Shown here one piece after another: positions 49,001 to 59,420 of a stretch of 64,000 bases of DNA; positions within the stretch are counted from its first letter, which is position 1; each line of letters starts with the position of its first letter. The stretch is from Callorhinchus milii. Taxonomy: Eukaryota. The stretch lies in the NCBI RefSeq assembly GCF_018977255.1, contig NW_024704756.1, positions 17,670,001 through 17,734,000 of the forward strand, read 5' to 3'. The notes under the pieces are model-generated. The model ran no database searches. It was not told where the DNA came from and worked only from the letters and a program-made list of their open reading frames with translations. The translations under genes and the position numbers were made by a program.

Positions 49001-52000
49001 TCCTGACTATTGAGACACAGGGAGACCTGACTGAAGAATCTGGTTTTGGGAAATCTGGAACCCAACAACTGGCCATTTTCCTAGTTTCTAGAGTAATGCA
49101 ATTTACATCAATCCTGGGGTTATCTGATGATTGGTTTCAATGTGGGAGAATTGTGTTGCAATTAGTGAGGGGGAGCCTGGTGCTTGTGTTTTCTTGGTCA
49201 GCTGAGGCCCACAGAGCTTCTGTTCGTTCCTGCCTGCAGACATTCATTCTAAATGTGAGCTTGTGGTTAATGATTGAGAGAGAATCCAGAGTTGAATGTG
49301 GCTTTGTAAACAGTGAACTGTATCTTAATCTCAGTCTTGCCCCTGAGATTCCAGAGATGAACTACATAGCGTGTAGAGTCTACAATTGTAACTTGACATT
49401 AATTCTGGATATAAGGCTGAATAAACAACTAGCTTTTGCACAAAGTAGCTTCACTATAGTATCCATCATTTTGGTCTGCCTGCCTATGAGTGTCCCTTCA
49501 GTTGGAGGTGTAACAATAACAAGGTGTAGCCTCTGTTTAAAAGTACAGCATGAGATTGTGAGCGCACAGTTGATTGTGAGAACTGAGAACAGGTCAATTA
49601 GTATCGTGTTGGAAGGGTCCGAGAGCAAACCCCACAAGTGCGGATGTTCTGATTCTGGCAAAGGAAAGCACATCTCAGCATCTACTTTCTAAGAAATAAA
49701 TCAGGAGTGAACAGCTTCAGCTTCTGCTACACGTCACTGTTGATGTGCATGTTGATAGGAAGATGTGCATGAAATCAAGCTCCCTCGTCCTCCCTTGTGC
49801 CCCATCCTCCTCTTCTCCTTCACAGTCAGCCAGAACCAAGCGTAAAAAGAGCTTCCTATTGTCGCGCAAGTTTCCTTTCTACAAGAGCAGAGCGAATGTT
49901 ATGCAGGACCAGGCCAGCTACCAGGACCGTAAGTAGTTGGAGACGGAGTCTGAGCACTGTGCACTGGTCAACTAACTCACCCTCTTTTGATCCAATCACC
50001 TTTGTGGATACAGCAATTGGCATGGCCAGGGCTCGCTGATGGAATTCCGGGCAGTTGTCTTTTTCATTCGGCATCCTCCGTATACTTGACCCTGTTCTCC
50101 GCTGATGAGATGGTGGGGGACGGGGGACTTCTGACACAGAAAATGATTCTAAAGGGCCCCTCCCCTTTAAGAAGCTATTTTTGCCAATGTAATTTCGCAA
50201 TGTGGCAATTTATATAAAGCTGTGATTAACAGCGTACAATGTGCTCTGAGACCTCATTGCCTGCTTCAAGTGCAGCCATGGCAAAAATGCTTGTTGGAAA
50301 TTCTTTTGCTAGGAGTCCTAGAGCTATCCCTGGATGTTCCGATTGCTTTCCTTCTGCTCTGTCAACGTGCGAGAGTCTCCGCTGCTAATTCATTCCTTTC
50401 CTTCTCTGTTTCTCGCTCATCTCTGCTGTCTCTAAATTCTTGCTGTTTGCTGCCTTGGATCCAGGAGTTCCCTGGATTGAATGACGACTATTATGGAACA
50501 AAGAGTCTGAGTAAGTGTAAGACCAGCATTTCATGAATGTACAAGTCAGAAATCTTTGCTGTTCTTGTATCTGCTCTTTTATTACTAACTTGAGCAATTC
50601 TCAAGTCTTTGCTATACTATTGGTCAAAGTCCTCTCCTTTGGAAATTTCTGCAAATTCTTGTTCTTCCAATAAACCAGATTGATGTACACGTTCTCATGC
50701 ACCACAGAATACACCATAACCTCAGAATCACAAAATGAGGAATTGTCTCATGTGTCCTATGATTACAGAAGAGACCTGCAGAAAGGTCTCTGCCCAACCC
50801 TGGTTTGGTGTGCGGGGGAGAAGAGTGGGGCTGCAGTCTGGAGGGGGGGTGGGGGGGAGAGAAGAAAGAAATTCTAGTCCAACTCTTCGGGGGGGGAGAC
50901 TAACCCTGGTTTCGGCGGGGGAAATCTAGCCACTGTCTTGGGAGGAGAGGAGATTCTGGCCCCTGTGACTCAGATTCCAGGCCACCAAACATTTGATAAT
51001 TTTCTACCACAGCTGACGGTTCAGAGTTAGAACAATAACAATTTACGTTTATTCAGCGCCCTTCACACGGCGTAGCGTCCTGGATCGCTTAACAGCGGTG
51101 GATCTTGACGCCGAGCCAAGGGGAGGTGAACATAGGCATGGCCGAAGAGAAAGGTCTTCACGTGTGATTTGAAGACAGTTAAGGAGGGGCAATATGGAGA
51201 GATTGAGAAGAATATGGATGGAGGAAGGGGCAACCTTGTGGAGAAACTGGCTACTGGGGTAGTCGGGGTGGCTACTCTGCAACAACCATTGACGAGTGCT
51301 GCGATGAATGTGGAGAAGGATGGCGAGGCTGGAGCAGAGGGAGGCTTCCAGGAGGGAAATAAGGTGGGGAGGGTGATAGGAGAGAAGAACTGAGTGTGAA
51401 TAGCAATGGGTGGGGAGCAACTGGGGGCATTTTGAAAGGGGGTAGTTTGGGTCAATGAAGGCAGTAGTGAAAACGTGCACACAGAATAGAAGCTCCTGAT
51501 TACTTCAGGTTTAATCTTGAACCATTGGGTACTTGTTCTCTTTTGCAGAATGTATGACATCCAACACCAGTGACAGTGAAAGCAGCTCCAGTGAGTAACT
51601 CGCCTCCTTCTTGCTTGCAACCCCCCCCCCCCGAAACCGTGTATCAATAACACTGACCTTCACGTTGTAACTGGGCGAGAGCATGACTGACCTCTGACCC
51701 TTACACTTACCCCATTGGTGATGCAATGGATATTCTCATCACATGCTTTTCACTTTTAAGATGAACCACTTTTCAACTGAGTTAGTCGGGATTGGCTTTG
51801 CACTTCTGAAAGACAGAGCTAGGATCAGGCACTTTGCGAGCTCATTGGCACAGTGTGCAGTGATTGCTTCAGCTGCACTCCTGCAGTACACTGATTGTTG
51901 CAGTATGCATTCAGGCCTCAGGCTCACTAGCTGTAGTGCATTTCTCTAGCTTGCCATCACTTTATTATAATAATAACAATCTTTGCATTTGATCCAGAGC

Positions 52001-55000
52001 TTTTCACGTCTTCTAGACGTCTCAAAGCGCTTCACAGAATAAACTGTAAAGTGAATTGACCGTATATTTGTGGGTGAAATATTATTGCATTTTTGTGTGA
52101 TATTTTGGTCTTGCCGTCACTTACTGTTTGCATTTTCACCTAACAGAGGGTCAGGAGGATACCGTGCTGTCATACGAAGCAGTGACACGCCAGGAGAGTA
52201 AGTTAAAGGCTTGAGTCTCACTCGTACACAGATTGTGTAGCTTAATCTAAATGTTGCCATGTATTGGCTCTGGACAACAGTGTAGCTCAGTATTAGTATT
52301 AATTTACTTATGAATTTAGTAATGGGAACAGAAACTGTGCAGCATCCACACAATGACAATGACTTGCATTTACATAGCGCCTTTTGCGCAGGATAATGTT
52401 TCTGGATTATTGTATAGTGACGAGCTTTGATGGCAGACAAGGGAGGAAGGGGTGGGGACCGCAGGCTTAAAGGTATATAAAGAGGGGCCAAGAGAGGGGC
52501 CTTGGGATGTGCAGCTTATGTTGGCAGGCTACATGTCCCTGTCCAGCTACGACCCTCTGACCTGCTATTGGTTGGGGACATTGCTACATCTCCTGGCCTC
52601 TGGTGATGAGGCAGATAGGTGAGTAAACAAGGTAGTTACTACTGACCTGAAGAAGCAAAAATCATCAGCTTTTTATGCACTTTATTCAACCACCTTGTAA
52701 CTGAATGGCACCTGTTGAGTGGTAACTGCTGAATGGCACCGATCACCGACGGGATCATAAAGTCTGTCCTGTAAAATGTGGCAGACAAAAGGTGCAAAGT
52801 GTAGCCCATACCTGCTCCCAATCTGAATGAAGCCACACTTTCTGATCACTGTGTATCTCATGTGTTCTGTTCCTTTTATCTCTCACTTCTGTTTCAGTTC
52901 ATTACTCTCGTCCTGTAATAATTCTGGGACCAGCGAAGGACAGAGTAAACGATGATTTAATATCCGAGTTCCCCAACAAGTTTGGCTCTTGCGTACCACG
53001 TAAGTAATATCTGATCTCAGCTTGGAATCCAAAGCCATAATTAAGTAAAGTCTGAGAAAGTTCCCTCTCACTTATATAAGCTAGTAACATTCTGAAGAAC
53101 AGATGCTTCCAGAAACCAAATCTCCACCCTGGGAAGAGAGTGTGCACAGACAAGCCTAAACCATTCATGTGTGGAACTCTCAGTAGCTTGATTTGGGAAG
53201 GGTTACTGCCTATGTTAAGCACCAGCTGAAAAGAGAAATCTCCACCCTCTGCAAGCCTTTCTCTTCCCTCCGTTATTTTATGTGGTCATTAATTTTCGTT
53301 ATTGATTCCACCTGCAATCAATTTCCTGATGCTTGTTGGTGAATGTGAGCAAGTCTTGCTGCTGTTTGTACTGCCAGAGATTGTGGGTTTCACTGTTTCT
53401 GTTACAGACACTACCAGGTTGAGACGTGAAGTTGAAGTTGATGGACAGGACTACCACTTTGTGACATCTCGGGAGCAGATGGAGAAGGACATTCAGGACA
53501 ACAAGTTTATCGAAGCTGGTCAATATAATGATAATTTGTATGGCACCAGCATTCAGTCTGTTCGGGCTGTCGCTGAGAGGGTAATTACGTAATAGTTAAA
53601 AACAATAATCTATCTGGTTAAAGAAAAGCTAAAGGATGAATAAGTACTGTTGTTGATTGGCGATTCACTGTACTCATTGTGTGGTACCAAGCCATTGATA
53701 CGAGGAAGCTGGTTGACTTCCATTCTTGATCCAGATCCACAGATGTTCTATCACCTTTGCTTGTCAGACATCAAAGCCTAGATGAGCTGAAATTTTCTGC
53801 AACTAAAAAGGACTAGATGGAAGCCATCCTCCCTTACTGCTGCCAACGTCTCCACTTCTGGTTCTGACCTTAACCTCCCAGGCCTCAAACGCTTGAACCA
53901 GTGCACAACCTTGGCTCTCCTTTCTCCCTCACATCCAATCTCTGACTAAGATGCTTTTCTTCACTTTCACCAATTTGCCCGGCTGTGCCCCCACCTCACT
54001 CTAAATGCTGCCAATTAGCACTGGATTTGCCTCTATATGCCACTTCACAGTAACTCTTTGTTTAAAACATTTTGAGTTGCTGCATTGTGGGAAGGCACTG
54101 GATCAAACAAATAATTATTTTCGATTAGTATTAAGGTTCTTGCTTCCTTCCTCCCAGGGAAAGCATTGCATCCTGGATGTGTCTGGTAACGCCATCAAGA
54201 GGTTACAGCTTGCAATGCTCTACCCAATCGCCATCTTCATCAAACCCAGATCTGTGCAGTCTCTTATGTAAGTGCAATGCCCTCTGATATTGGAATTCTA
54301 TTTACTTGTGTTTTTTTCTTGTTAACCTGGTATCTTCTATCAGCAGATTAACAAGCCTAACTGAATACATTGGTAGAAATTCCCCCTGGAATATCCAGAA
54401 AAGAGGGGTTAAGGATGCAAAGTGATCAGAGATACGGTCAAAAAAGTAGGTTATTAAGACAGATAGAAAGGGGTGAGGTGGAGGGTATAGAGAACCTGAA
54501 GACTGATTGTGGCAGAGAGAGATCAGGGATACCCAGGAAGTTCAATTTAGCCTGTCGAAAGGGAAGACGGCAAGTAAAGGAGTTAGAGACGATCAGAGAC
54601 CGAGAGATGCTGGGCATTATGAGATTTATAGATAAACCTGAGGACCTTGACATCAATCAGCTGGGAAGTAGTCGAGCTTGGCGAGTTTTGTTGGATGAGA
54701 ATGCCCATAATTTGGAGTTTATTGATAGCCTCAGCTGGGGAGACCAGCAAGAAGTACATTTGAAAACCACAGTTGAGAGGTAACAAAGAGGGTTTTAGGG
54801 ACGGAAGTGAAGAAAAGCAATTCAGAAGTGAGATGTCGGTGGAAGCCGAGAATGGCTTTCAGTCTTCCATATTGAGTTGCAAGAATTGTAGCTCATCCAG
54901 GCATGATGTCGGACAGGCAAGTGGAATCAAGAGTGCAAGCGGGAAAGTAGATTTGTGTGTCATCCATATATATGTGGAAGTTAATCCTGTGTCTGCAGAC

Positions 55001-56212
55001 AGTGTTGCCAAGAGGGAAGATGTAGATACAATATAAATTTATATTTATATAGCGCTTTTCATGTCAGGAGGACCTCCCAAGGCACTTAACAGATCTGGCT
55101 TGGCACCCAAGCTGGGGGTGGAAGCTGAGGGGTGGATGGGGAGGCGAAAGATGACCAAAAGCGCTGGCCAAGAGGTAGGGCTTGAGCCACTGAGAAATGA
55201 GGAAAGGGTGGGGGACAGGACGAGTACATTAAGACGAGTCCTGATGTACTCTGCAGGTATCCCAAAGGTAGGAGGAGCATCACTTGGGTTAGGGTTCAGT
55301 AAAAATATGTATTTAATATGTCATTATTATTGCATTGTAGTTTGCAGTGACTGCTCCAGACTCTGGGCTCATTCCAAGCTAGTTCCATATCAATTCCGAA
55401 ATGGAATTAGACTCAGTTTGGAGTGAGGTAAATCTAGATTGTGAACGACTTCTGTTTTTTATTTTTAGGGAGATGAATAAACGACAAACTGATGAACAGG
55501 CAGCTAAAACCTTTGATAAAGCAATGAAATTGGAGCAGGAATTTGCCGAGTTTTTCACAGGTAGACATATTCTGTATTGTTCACTCTATAATGCCTAGAA
55601 TAACACAGGTTAGGTAGACTGAGGCACCTAGTGAAATTCAAATTTTAATTATTTTTCTATTAAGAATTTCTTAATGTAGATGATCAAAGCAAACTGTGAA
55701 AAGCAGTTTTTACTCAGGAATCGGGGGTGGATATTCCAGTTGCTGCTATATGTAAAGACATTGTACAAATTTACTGACTGGCAGAATATCGCAGCTAAGT
55801 AGATGACAAACAAGTTTCAAACTCTGATAGAAAAATTGAATCCTGGGAGGGGGGCAAACAATTGAAATCTTTAAGTGTAGTATTGGTCTCTAACCCAATG
55901 TGGGCAAAGATCAGTCCTGGTAGACCATCTATCCTTCAAACGGAGGTGGATTGGATACATTGCGGTCTTAGCCACTTGTGACTATTCTTTTTTGCAGGTT
56001 TTTAATCAACTTATTTTAAGGTTTTATTTGGGTACCAACCATTGGATTAAGTACTACTGTCCTGATCTGAACTCGGATCGCTACTAATAATTCTGTTTTC
56101 CACAGCCATTGTACAGGGAGACTCATTAGAGGAGATCTACAACAAAATTAAACTGGTCATTGAAGAACAGTCCGGTCCCTACATCTGGGTCCCATCATCT
56201 GAAAAACTCTAA
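18750..56212 (+). CDS. DLG3: Discs large homolog 3 (SAP102), MAGUK scaffold; full gene span
   Basis: N-terminal [11 protein letters not shown]...WWPECTC motif characteristic of SAP102, then PDZ1-3, SH3, HOOK and GK ending IWVPSSEKL*. All exon phases are consistent: 834 aa with the 46-nt HOOK exon, 853 aa with the 103-nt exon. Confidence 0.97.
21014..21341 (-). mobile_element. Full-length young SINE nested in an older Deu-type SINE (~20760-21485)
   Basis: Near-identical reverse complement of 542-863. Confidence 0.9.
23740..24260 (+). mobile_element. L2 3' fragment
   Basis: [27 protein letters not shown] motifs. Confidence 0.75.
26070..26860 (-). mobile_element. Degenerate CR1-like LINE RT fragment
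   Basis: Minus-strand PANY.P.SLL.IISKVM...[15 protein letters not shown] remnants with frameshifts. Confidence 0.6.
28130..28592 (-). mobile_element. L2 3' fragment
   Basis: [14 protein letters not shown] motif on the minus strand. Confidence 0.75.
29770..31215 (+). mobile_element. 5'-truncated L2 LINE (RT and 3' end), decayed
   Basis: [42 protein letters not shown] and TSRLDY motifs with stops and frameshifts. Confidence 0.9.
31905..31958 (+). CDS. DLG3: DLG3 exon 2 (54-nt cassette)
   Basis: ttacag| [18 protein letters not shown] |gtaagt. Confidence 0.9.
32231..32281 (+). CDS. DLG3: DLG3 exon 3
   Basis: [17 protein letters not shown]; 51 nt; AG/GT flanks. Confidence 0.95.
33663..33787 (+). 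CDS. DLG3: DLG3 exon 4 (PDZ1)
   Basis: [41 protein letters not shown]; 125 nt. Confidence 0.95.
34961..35130 (+). CDS. DLG3: DLG3 exon 5 (PDZ1/PDZ2)
   Basis: [29 protein letters not shown]...LLKGPK; 170 nt. Confidence 0.95.
35802..35938 (+). CDS. DLG3: DLG3 exon 6 (PDZ2)
   Basis: [46 protein letters not shown]; 137 nt. Confidence 0.95.
36377..36658 (-). mobile_element. SINE
   Basis: Reverse complement of the family consensus, small internal deletion. Confidence 0.88.
37399..37543 (+). CDS. DLG3: DLG3 exon 7
   Basis: [32 protein letters not shown]...APPDYAS; 145 nt. Confidence 0.95.
37672..37776. repeat. ~30-bp tandem repeat, 3-4 copies
   Basis: AGGATAACC...CTCTAGCACTCCAGAC-like units. 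Confidence 0.75.
38097..38247 (+). CDS. DLG3: DLG3 exon 8
   Basis: (T)[15 protein letters not shown]...[17 protein letters not shown](R); 151 nt. Confidence 0.92.
41030..41470 (-). mobile_element. RTE-clade LINE fragment
   Basis: [14 protein letters not shown] resembles the RTE/BovB LLYG.E motif. Confidence 0.55.
41470..41820 (+). mobile_element. Stacked degenerate SINE 3' fragments abutting DLG3 exon 9
   Basis: TGTGGGATATTGCTGTGTGC core and AAATGTAAGGATTATTATTATT tail. Confidence 0.8.
41825..41981 (+). CDS. DLG3: DLG3 exon 9 (PDZ3)
   Basis: [52 protein letters not shown]; 157 nt. Confidence 0.95.
42527..42629 (+). CDS. DLG3: DLG3 exon 10 (PDZ3)
   Basis: [34 protein letters not shown]; 103 nt. 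Confidence 0.95.
43843..44116 (-). mobile_element. SINE (5'-truncated)
   Basis: Reverse complement of the family consensus. Confidence 0.88.
44370..45030. repeat. 31-bp minisatellite
   Basis: Unit TAGGGAGTGCATATGGTATA(C/T)AGTGTGTGTA; period 31 checked by position. Confidence 0.92.
45031..45325. repeat. 21-bp minisatellite
   Basis: Unit CAGGGGGTGTATATGTGTGTA. Confidence 0.92.
45335..45430 (+). promoter_or_regulatory. Candidate internal DLG3 promoter and non-coding first exon
   Basis: Local CpG-rich patch with ETS AGGAAGTG (45350) and GC box GGGGCGGGGC (45367), followed by candidate donor GCT|GTGAGG (45426). Confidence 0.5.
45423..45625. repeat. 11-bp GC-rich minisatellite
   Basis: Unit GC(T/C)GTGAGGGG with GCCGAGACCCGG variants. 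Confidence 0.9.
45661..46515. other. Assembly gaps and CA-rich low-complexity sequence
   Basis: N runs at 45661-45843 and 45867-46102, flanked by (CA)n and poly-C. Confidence 0.95.
46515..46905 (-). mobile_element. L2 3' fragment (same family as 3870-7095)
   Basis: Reverse complement similar to 6530-7095; (CAA)n at the left edge. Confidence 0.88.
46989..47103 (+). CDS. DLG3: DLG3 exon 11
   Basis: (E)[37 protein letters not shown](R); 115 nt. Confidence 0.95.
47382..47558 (+). CDS. DLG3: DLG3 exon 12 (SH3)
   Basis: [40 protein letters not shown]...IPSKK(R); 177 nt. Confidence 0.95.
47979..48054 (+). CDS. DLG3: DLG3 exon 13 (HOOK)
   Basis: [25 protein letters not shown]; 76 nt. Confidence 0.95.
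49826..49928 (+). CDS. DLG3: DLG3 alternative HOOK exon 14 (103 nt, basic, DLG1 I3-like)
   Basis: cacag| [34 protein letters not shown] |gtaagt; phase 0 to 1. Confidence 0.88.
50465..50510 (+). CDS. DLG3: DLG3 alternative HOOK exon 15 (46 nt)
   Basis: ccag| [15 protein letters not shown] |gtaagt; phase 0 to 1; resembles mammalian DFPGLSDDYYGAKNL. Confidence 0.9.
51549..51590 (+). CDS. DLG3: DLG3 exon 16 (42-nt cassette)
   Basis: ttgcag| [13 protein letters not shown] |gtgagt. Confidence 0.9.
52147..52197 (+). CDS. DLG3: DLG3 exon 17
   Basis: (K)[16 protein letters not shown]; 51 nt. Confidence 0.95.
52898..52999 (+). CDS. DLG3: DLG3 exon 18 (GK)
   Basis: (I)[33 protein letters not shown]; 102 nt. 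Confidence 0.95.
53408..53580 (+). CDS. DLG3: DLG3 exon 19 (GK)
   Basis: (H)[18 protein letters not shown]...[23 protein letters not shown]; 173 nt. Confidence 0.95.
54158..54267 (+). CDS. DLG3: DLG3 exon 20 (GK)
   Basis: [36 protein letters not shown](M); 110 nt. Confidence 0.95.
54560..55230 (-). mobile_element. Degenerate L2 fragments
   Basis: Minus-strand [12 protein letters not shown] remnant and a 3' tail fragment. Confidence 0.65.
55469..55560 (+). CDS. DLG3: DLG3 exon 21 (GK)
   Basis: [30 protein letters not shown]; 92 nt. Confidence 0.95.
56106..56212 (+). CDS. DLG3: DLG3 last coding exon
   Basis: (A)[34 protein letters not shown]; TAA at 56210-56212. Confidence 0.95.
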
Positions 56213-59138
56213 ATTTGCCCAACTTTAATGAGAAGAAATTGTTGAGGAAAATGCTCCTTTTAAGATATGTTGCATATCGCGTTTTATTGTTCTAATTATG
56301 TTGTTCTGAATCCTCACTGTTGCTGTGGCTGTTTCCATACTGCATGGTTTTTTATGGAATTCCATCAAAGACAATGGAAATACGCTCAGATTATTGTAAA
56401 GAACATCATCAGGGAACAGGACCAGGATTGGTAATAACTTTGTACGTTTCTATTATCATAAGATCAACTGTGAGAGTTTGGTGTTCTGGACAAAGAGATG
56501 GTTTTATAGAAAAATTGATGTCTACGGAGGATTCCGATGGTACCGATCTTTTAAAAAGGATCTTTTTAAAATATCCTAATGCAGATGGGTACGAAGAAAA
56601 TCCATGTTACTTCTCTGTGATTACACGCAAATCGTGCTTTTATCCAATCAACATTCTTCATCTCAGGAGGAGAATGAAAATAAGAATTTAAATCCGTGAT
56701 TGTGTTACTGCAGAGAAAAGAATGATAATTTCCAGCGTATTAAATTGTACATTGTTTTACACATCAAAACACAGTCTCTGCATGGACATGCTACATTTTC
56801 TTTGGTGTTCTTAATGTGATTTAAGTGAGAGGTGGAGCAGCAAAATGGGTGAAAGAAGATCTGAAACATAGACTGATACAATTCACATGTAGCATCACTG
56901 ACAATTTACAAGTTTTGTTTTATTAAAAGCCCCTCCCCCTCATTTATTGATATTAATCATTGTGCTTTTTAGAATTGGATTTAATTTACAGTTCTCAGGA
57001 TATCTGCATTTTGCCATTTCCACACAATATTGTTTCCGGGTAGAGGAACAAAGCTGGTGGTTGAACCTTGTAGGAGATAGAAGTTAAAATTTCTCAGATC
57101 TGATCAGAATGTGACAAGTGTAAGATTTATATGATGACCTTGAAATTCACTGTGTGCCGTGTTAGCCATTGAACCAGATAACGATTTATCTGAAGAAGAG
57201 GGGTTGAAGGCTGGTCTGCAGCATGTAAGTGATCTTTAAAAAAAATATGCAACCAATGCTTAAAATAGGCAGCAAGGTTGTAAGCGTGTGTGCACTCTTT
57301 ATAGGATTATAAATAAACATTGAGAAAGTGGAGGGTTTTTTGTTGGTACTTTGGCAGAGTATGTTCCCCAGGCACTGTTTAGAATAGGTTATGTTTCTGT
57401 AAATGGAGTGAAATAGAGAAAGGAAGTTCAGGGAACACAGCAGGGACAATCTCCCAGGCACTGCTGGACTTGGGAACTGCCTCTATTATTGCCTGTTACC
57501 CAATTCTGAGCCTGGTTTTATGTTTATTATTATTAATTATTGTTGTGCTTTATGACATAATCAAATATAAAATCAAGCATTATGCTCATATCGGTATTAA
57601 TGGAACCCTTTTGACAAAGTTCTTTATTTAATTCTATCCTCACAAGGTGTCTGTGCCAATAGTTGGCAAGTGAACTTCCCATTGGCTTTTCATACTGACA
57701 AAGCTACTATTTTCCATCACACTATATAAAGTTACTCTGACAAATGTGGTGCCACAACACACAGCTGAGTGGAGCAGCCTGACTGATTGGAATAAATTGG
57801 TACAAAGCCTCTTCTTCAGTTCTGCTTTTGTATAATGAACAGTCTGAGATGCACTGAATCTTTCAATTAATCCTATATTATTTTGCATTTACTTTCCTTC
57901 TGCAGCAGATTATGGCTGGGTTTGGTTCTGTTGATAGCCGTGATTTCAGGGTACTTGTGTTTCAAGCTCTGATTTTCAAGTAAATATTTTAAATCCTCAG
58001 GGCTTAGAATGAAACAATTTTAGTATTTGACCAAATAACAGTAAATATTTCTGATATGGAATGGGATTTGTGGGTGTTTTCCCACTGTTAGTTTCAATTG
58101 TGTATTTTACATTTGTTTCGATCCACACTGGCATTTGAGGGATTGTGAGAGAAAAGGGAGGGGTGATTATAACTACAGTGTGCCATTCCACTGTTGTTAG
58201 TAACCTTTAGTGCTGTTTGTAGTTTTTTCAGAACATAAATATTGTGTCACAATATCTCACAAGCCGTCAAAGTATTGGATCTATGGATTAGATTCCAGAT
58301 AAAGCAATTAATACTGAGTCAATTGACTTTTTAAAATTGAACTGGCTATCTATTCATTACAACAGATGTATTAATAGACCAAGAGCCACATAGTCAATGG
58401 GCTGGTGGTCTTTGCTGTTGAGACCAGTTGAAAAGAGCTGTACTGAAGGTGAAGGATAAAACAAGGTTCTTCAGGTACTCTAATCATTGCAGTTCATAGT
58501 GAGAATATTTTGTCCCTGACTTCTGAGCAAGCAAATTCCAGAAGAGTTAAGGCTCCACCAACGTGTGCATTATTTAATATTCCCTTGCACATTCCTATTG
58601 AAACACAGCAATTAAGGTTCAGTCTGTAGCTTCTAATCCTCTCTTCCTTAAACTGTCTAGATTTCTCTTGAACAGTGGATGCTATTTGCACAAACAGGAT
58701 TACCTGGAAGACAACTCCAGATGACACTGATCCAGGCACAGGAATGCAGCCTGTAGTGATTTCTCTACAATTTGAAGGCGTGACCTCTAGGTTTGGAACA
58801 CAGGTTGACAGTGAAGACGTTCACACTGATTATGTTAATTCCATGCAGTTTCTTTCAGACTTCAATAAGATTGCCAATCCATTATAATGTTTTTAATTTC
58901 ATAATCTTATTTGTTTTGTTTCATTTATTTTCAAATAGTCTTGGGTGTAGCATTTGTACACAAGTAAAGGATCCCTACAACATGGTGACTTACATACTTA
59001 CACTATCTTACTGTTGGGTATCTCTTTGCAGATTTTTGTAACTGTGCTGCAAAGATTAGGATTTACTGAATCCACTGTTGGTGGTCTTTCCCCGCCTCAT
59101 GTTGTTTGGGTTTTCATACTTTCTGTGTACTTGCACTG

Positions 59139-59420
59139 CAGGGCGAAACATTGGGCAAGTTTCCTTACTCCACACGCCTCTGTTTAGCAGCAGTCAGTAG
59201 GAACCTGGTTGTTAGTTGATTGGCGGATCATGTTTCCAGGGGTAATAAATAATTCCTTTAAAAAATAATAAATTCACTCAAGTCATGGCTGTTTGTGGGA
59301 CATTGCTGTGTGCAATTGGCTGCCGCGTTTCACCCACAAAATAGTCAATTCATTTCACAATATATTCTGTGAAGTGCTTTGAGTTTCTCGAAGACTTGAT
59401 AAGGCGCCATATCAAATAAT
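59139..59420 (+). mobile_element. Long-variant SINE, 5'-truncated
   Basis: GGGCAAGTTTCCTTACTCCACACGCCTCTGTTT... core and tail. Confidence 0.8.
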
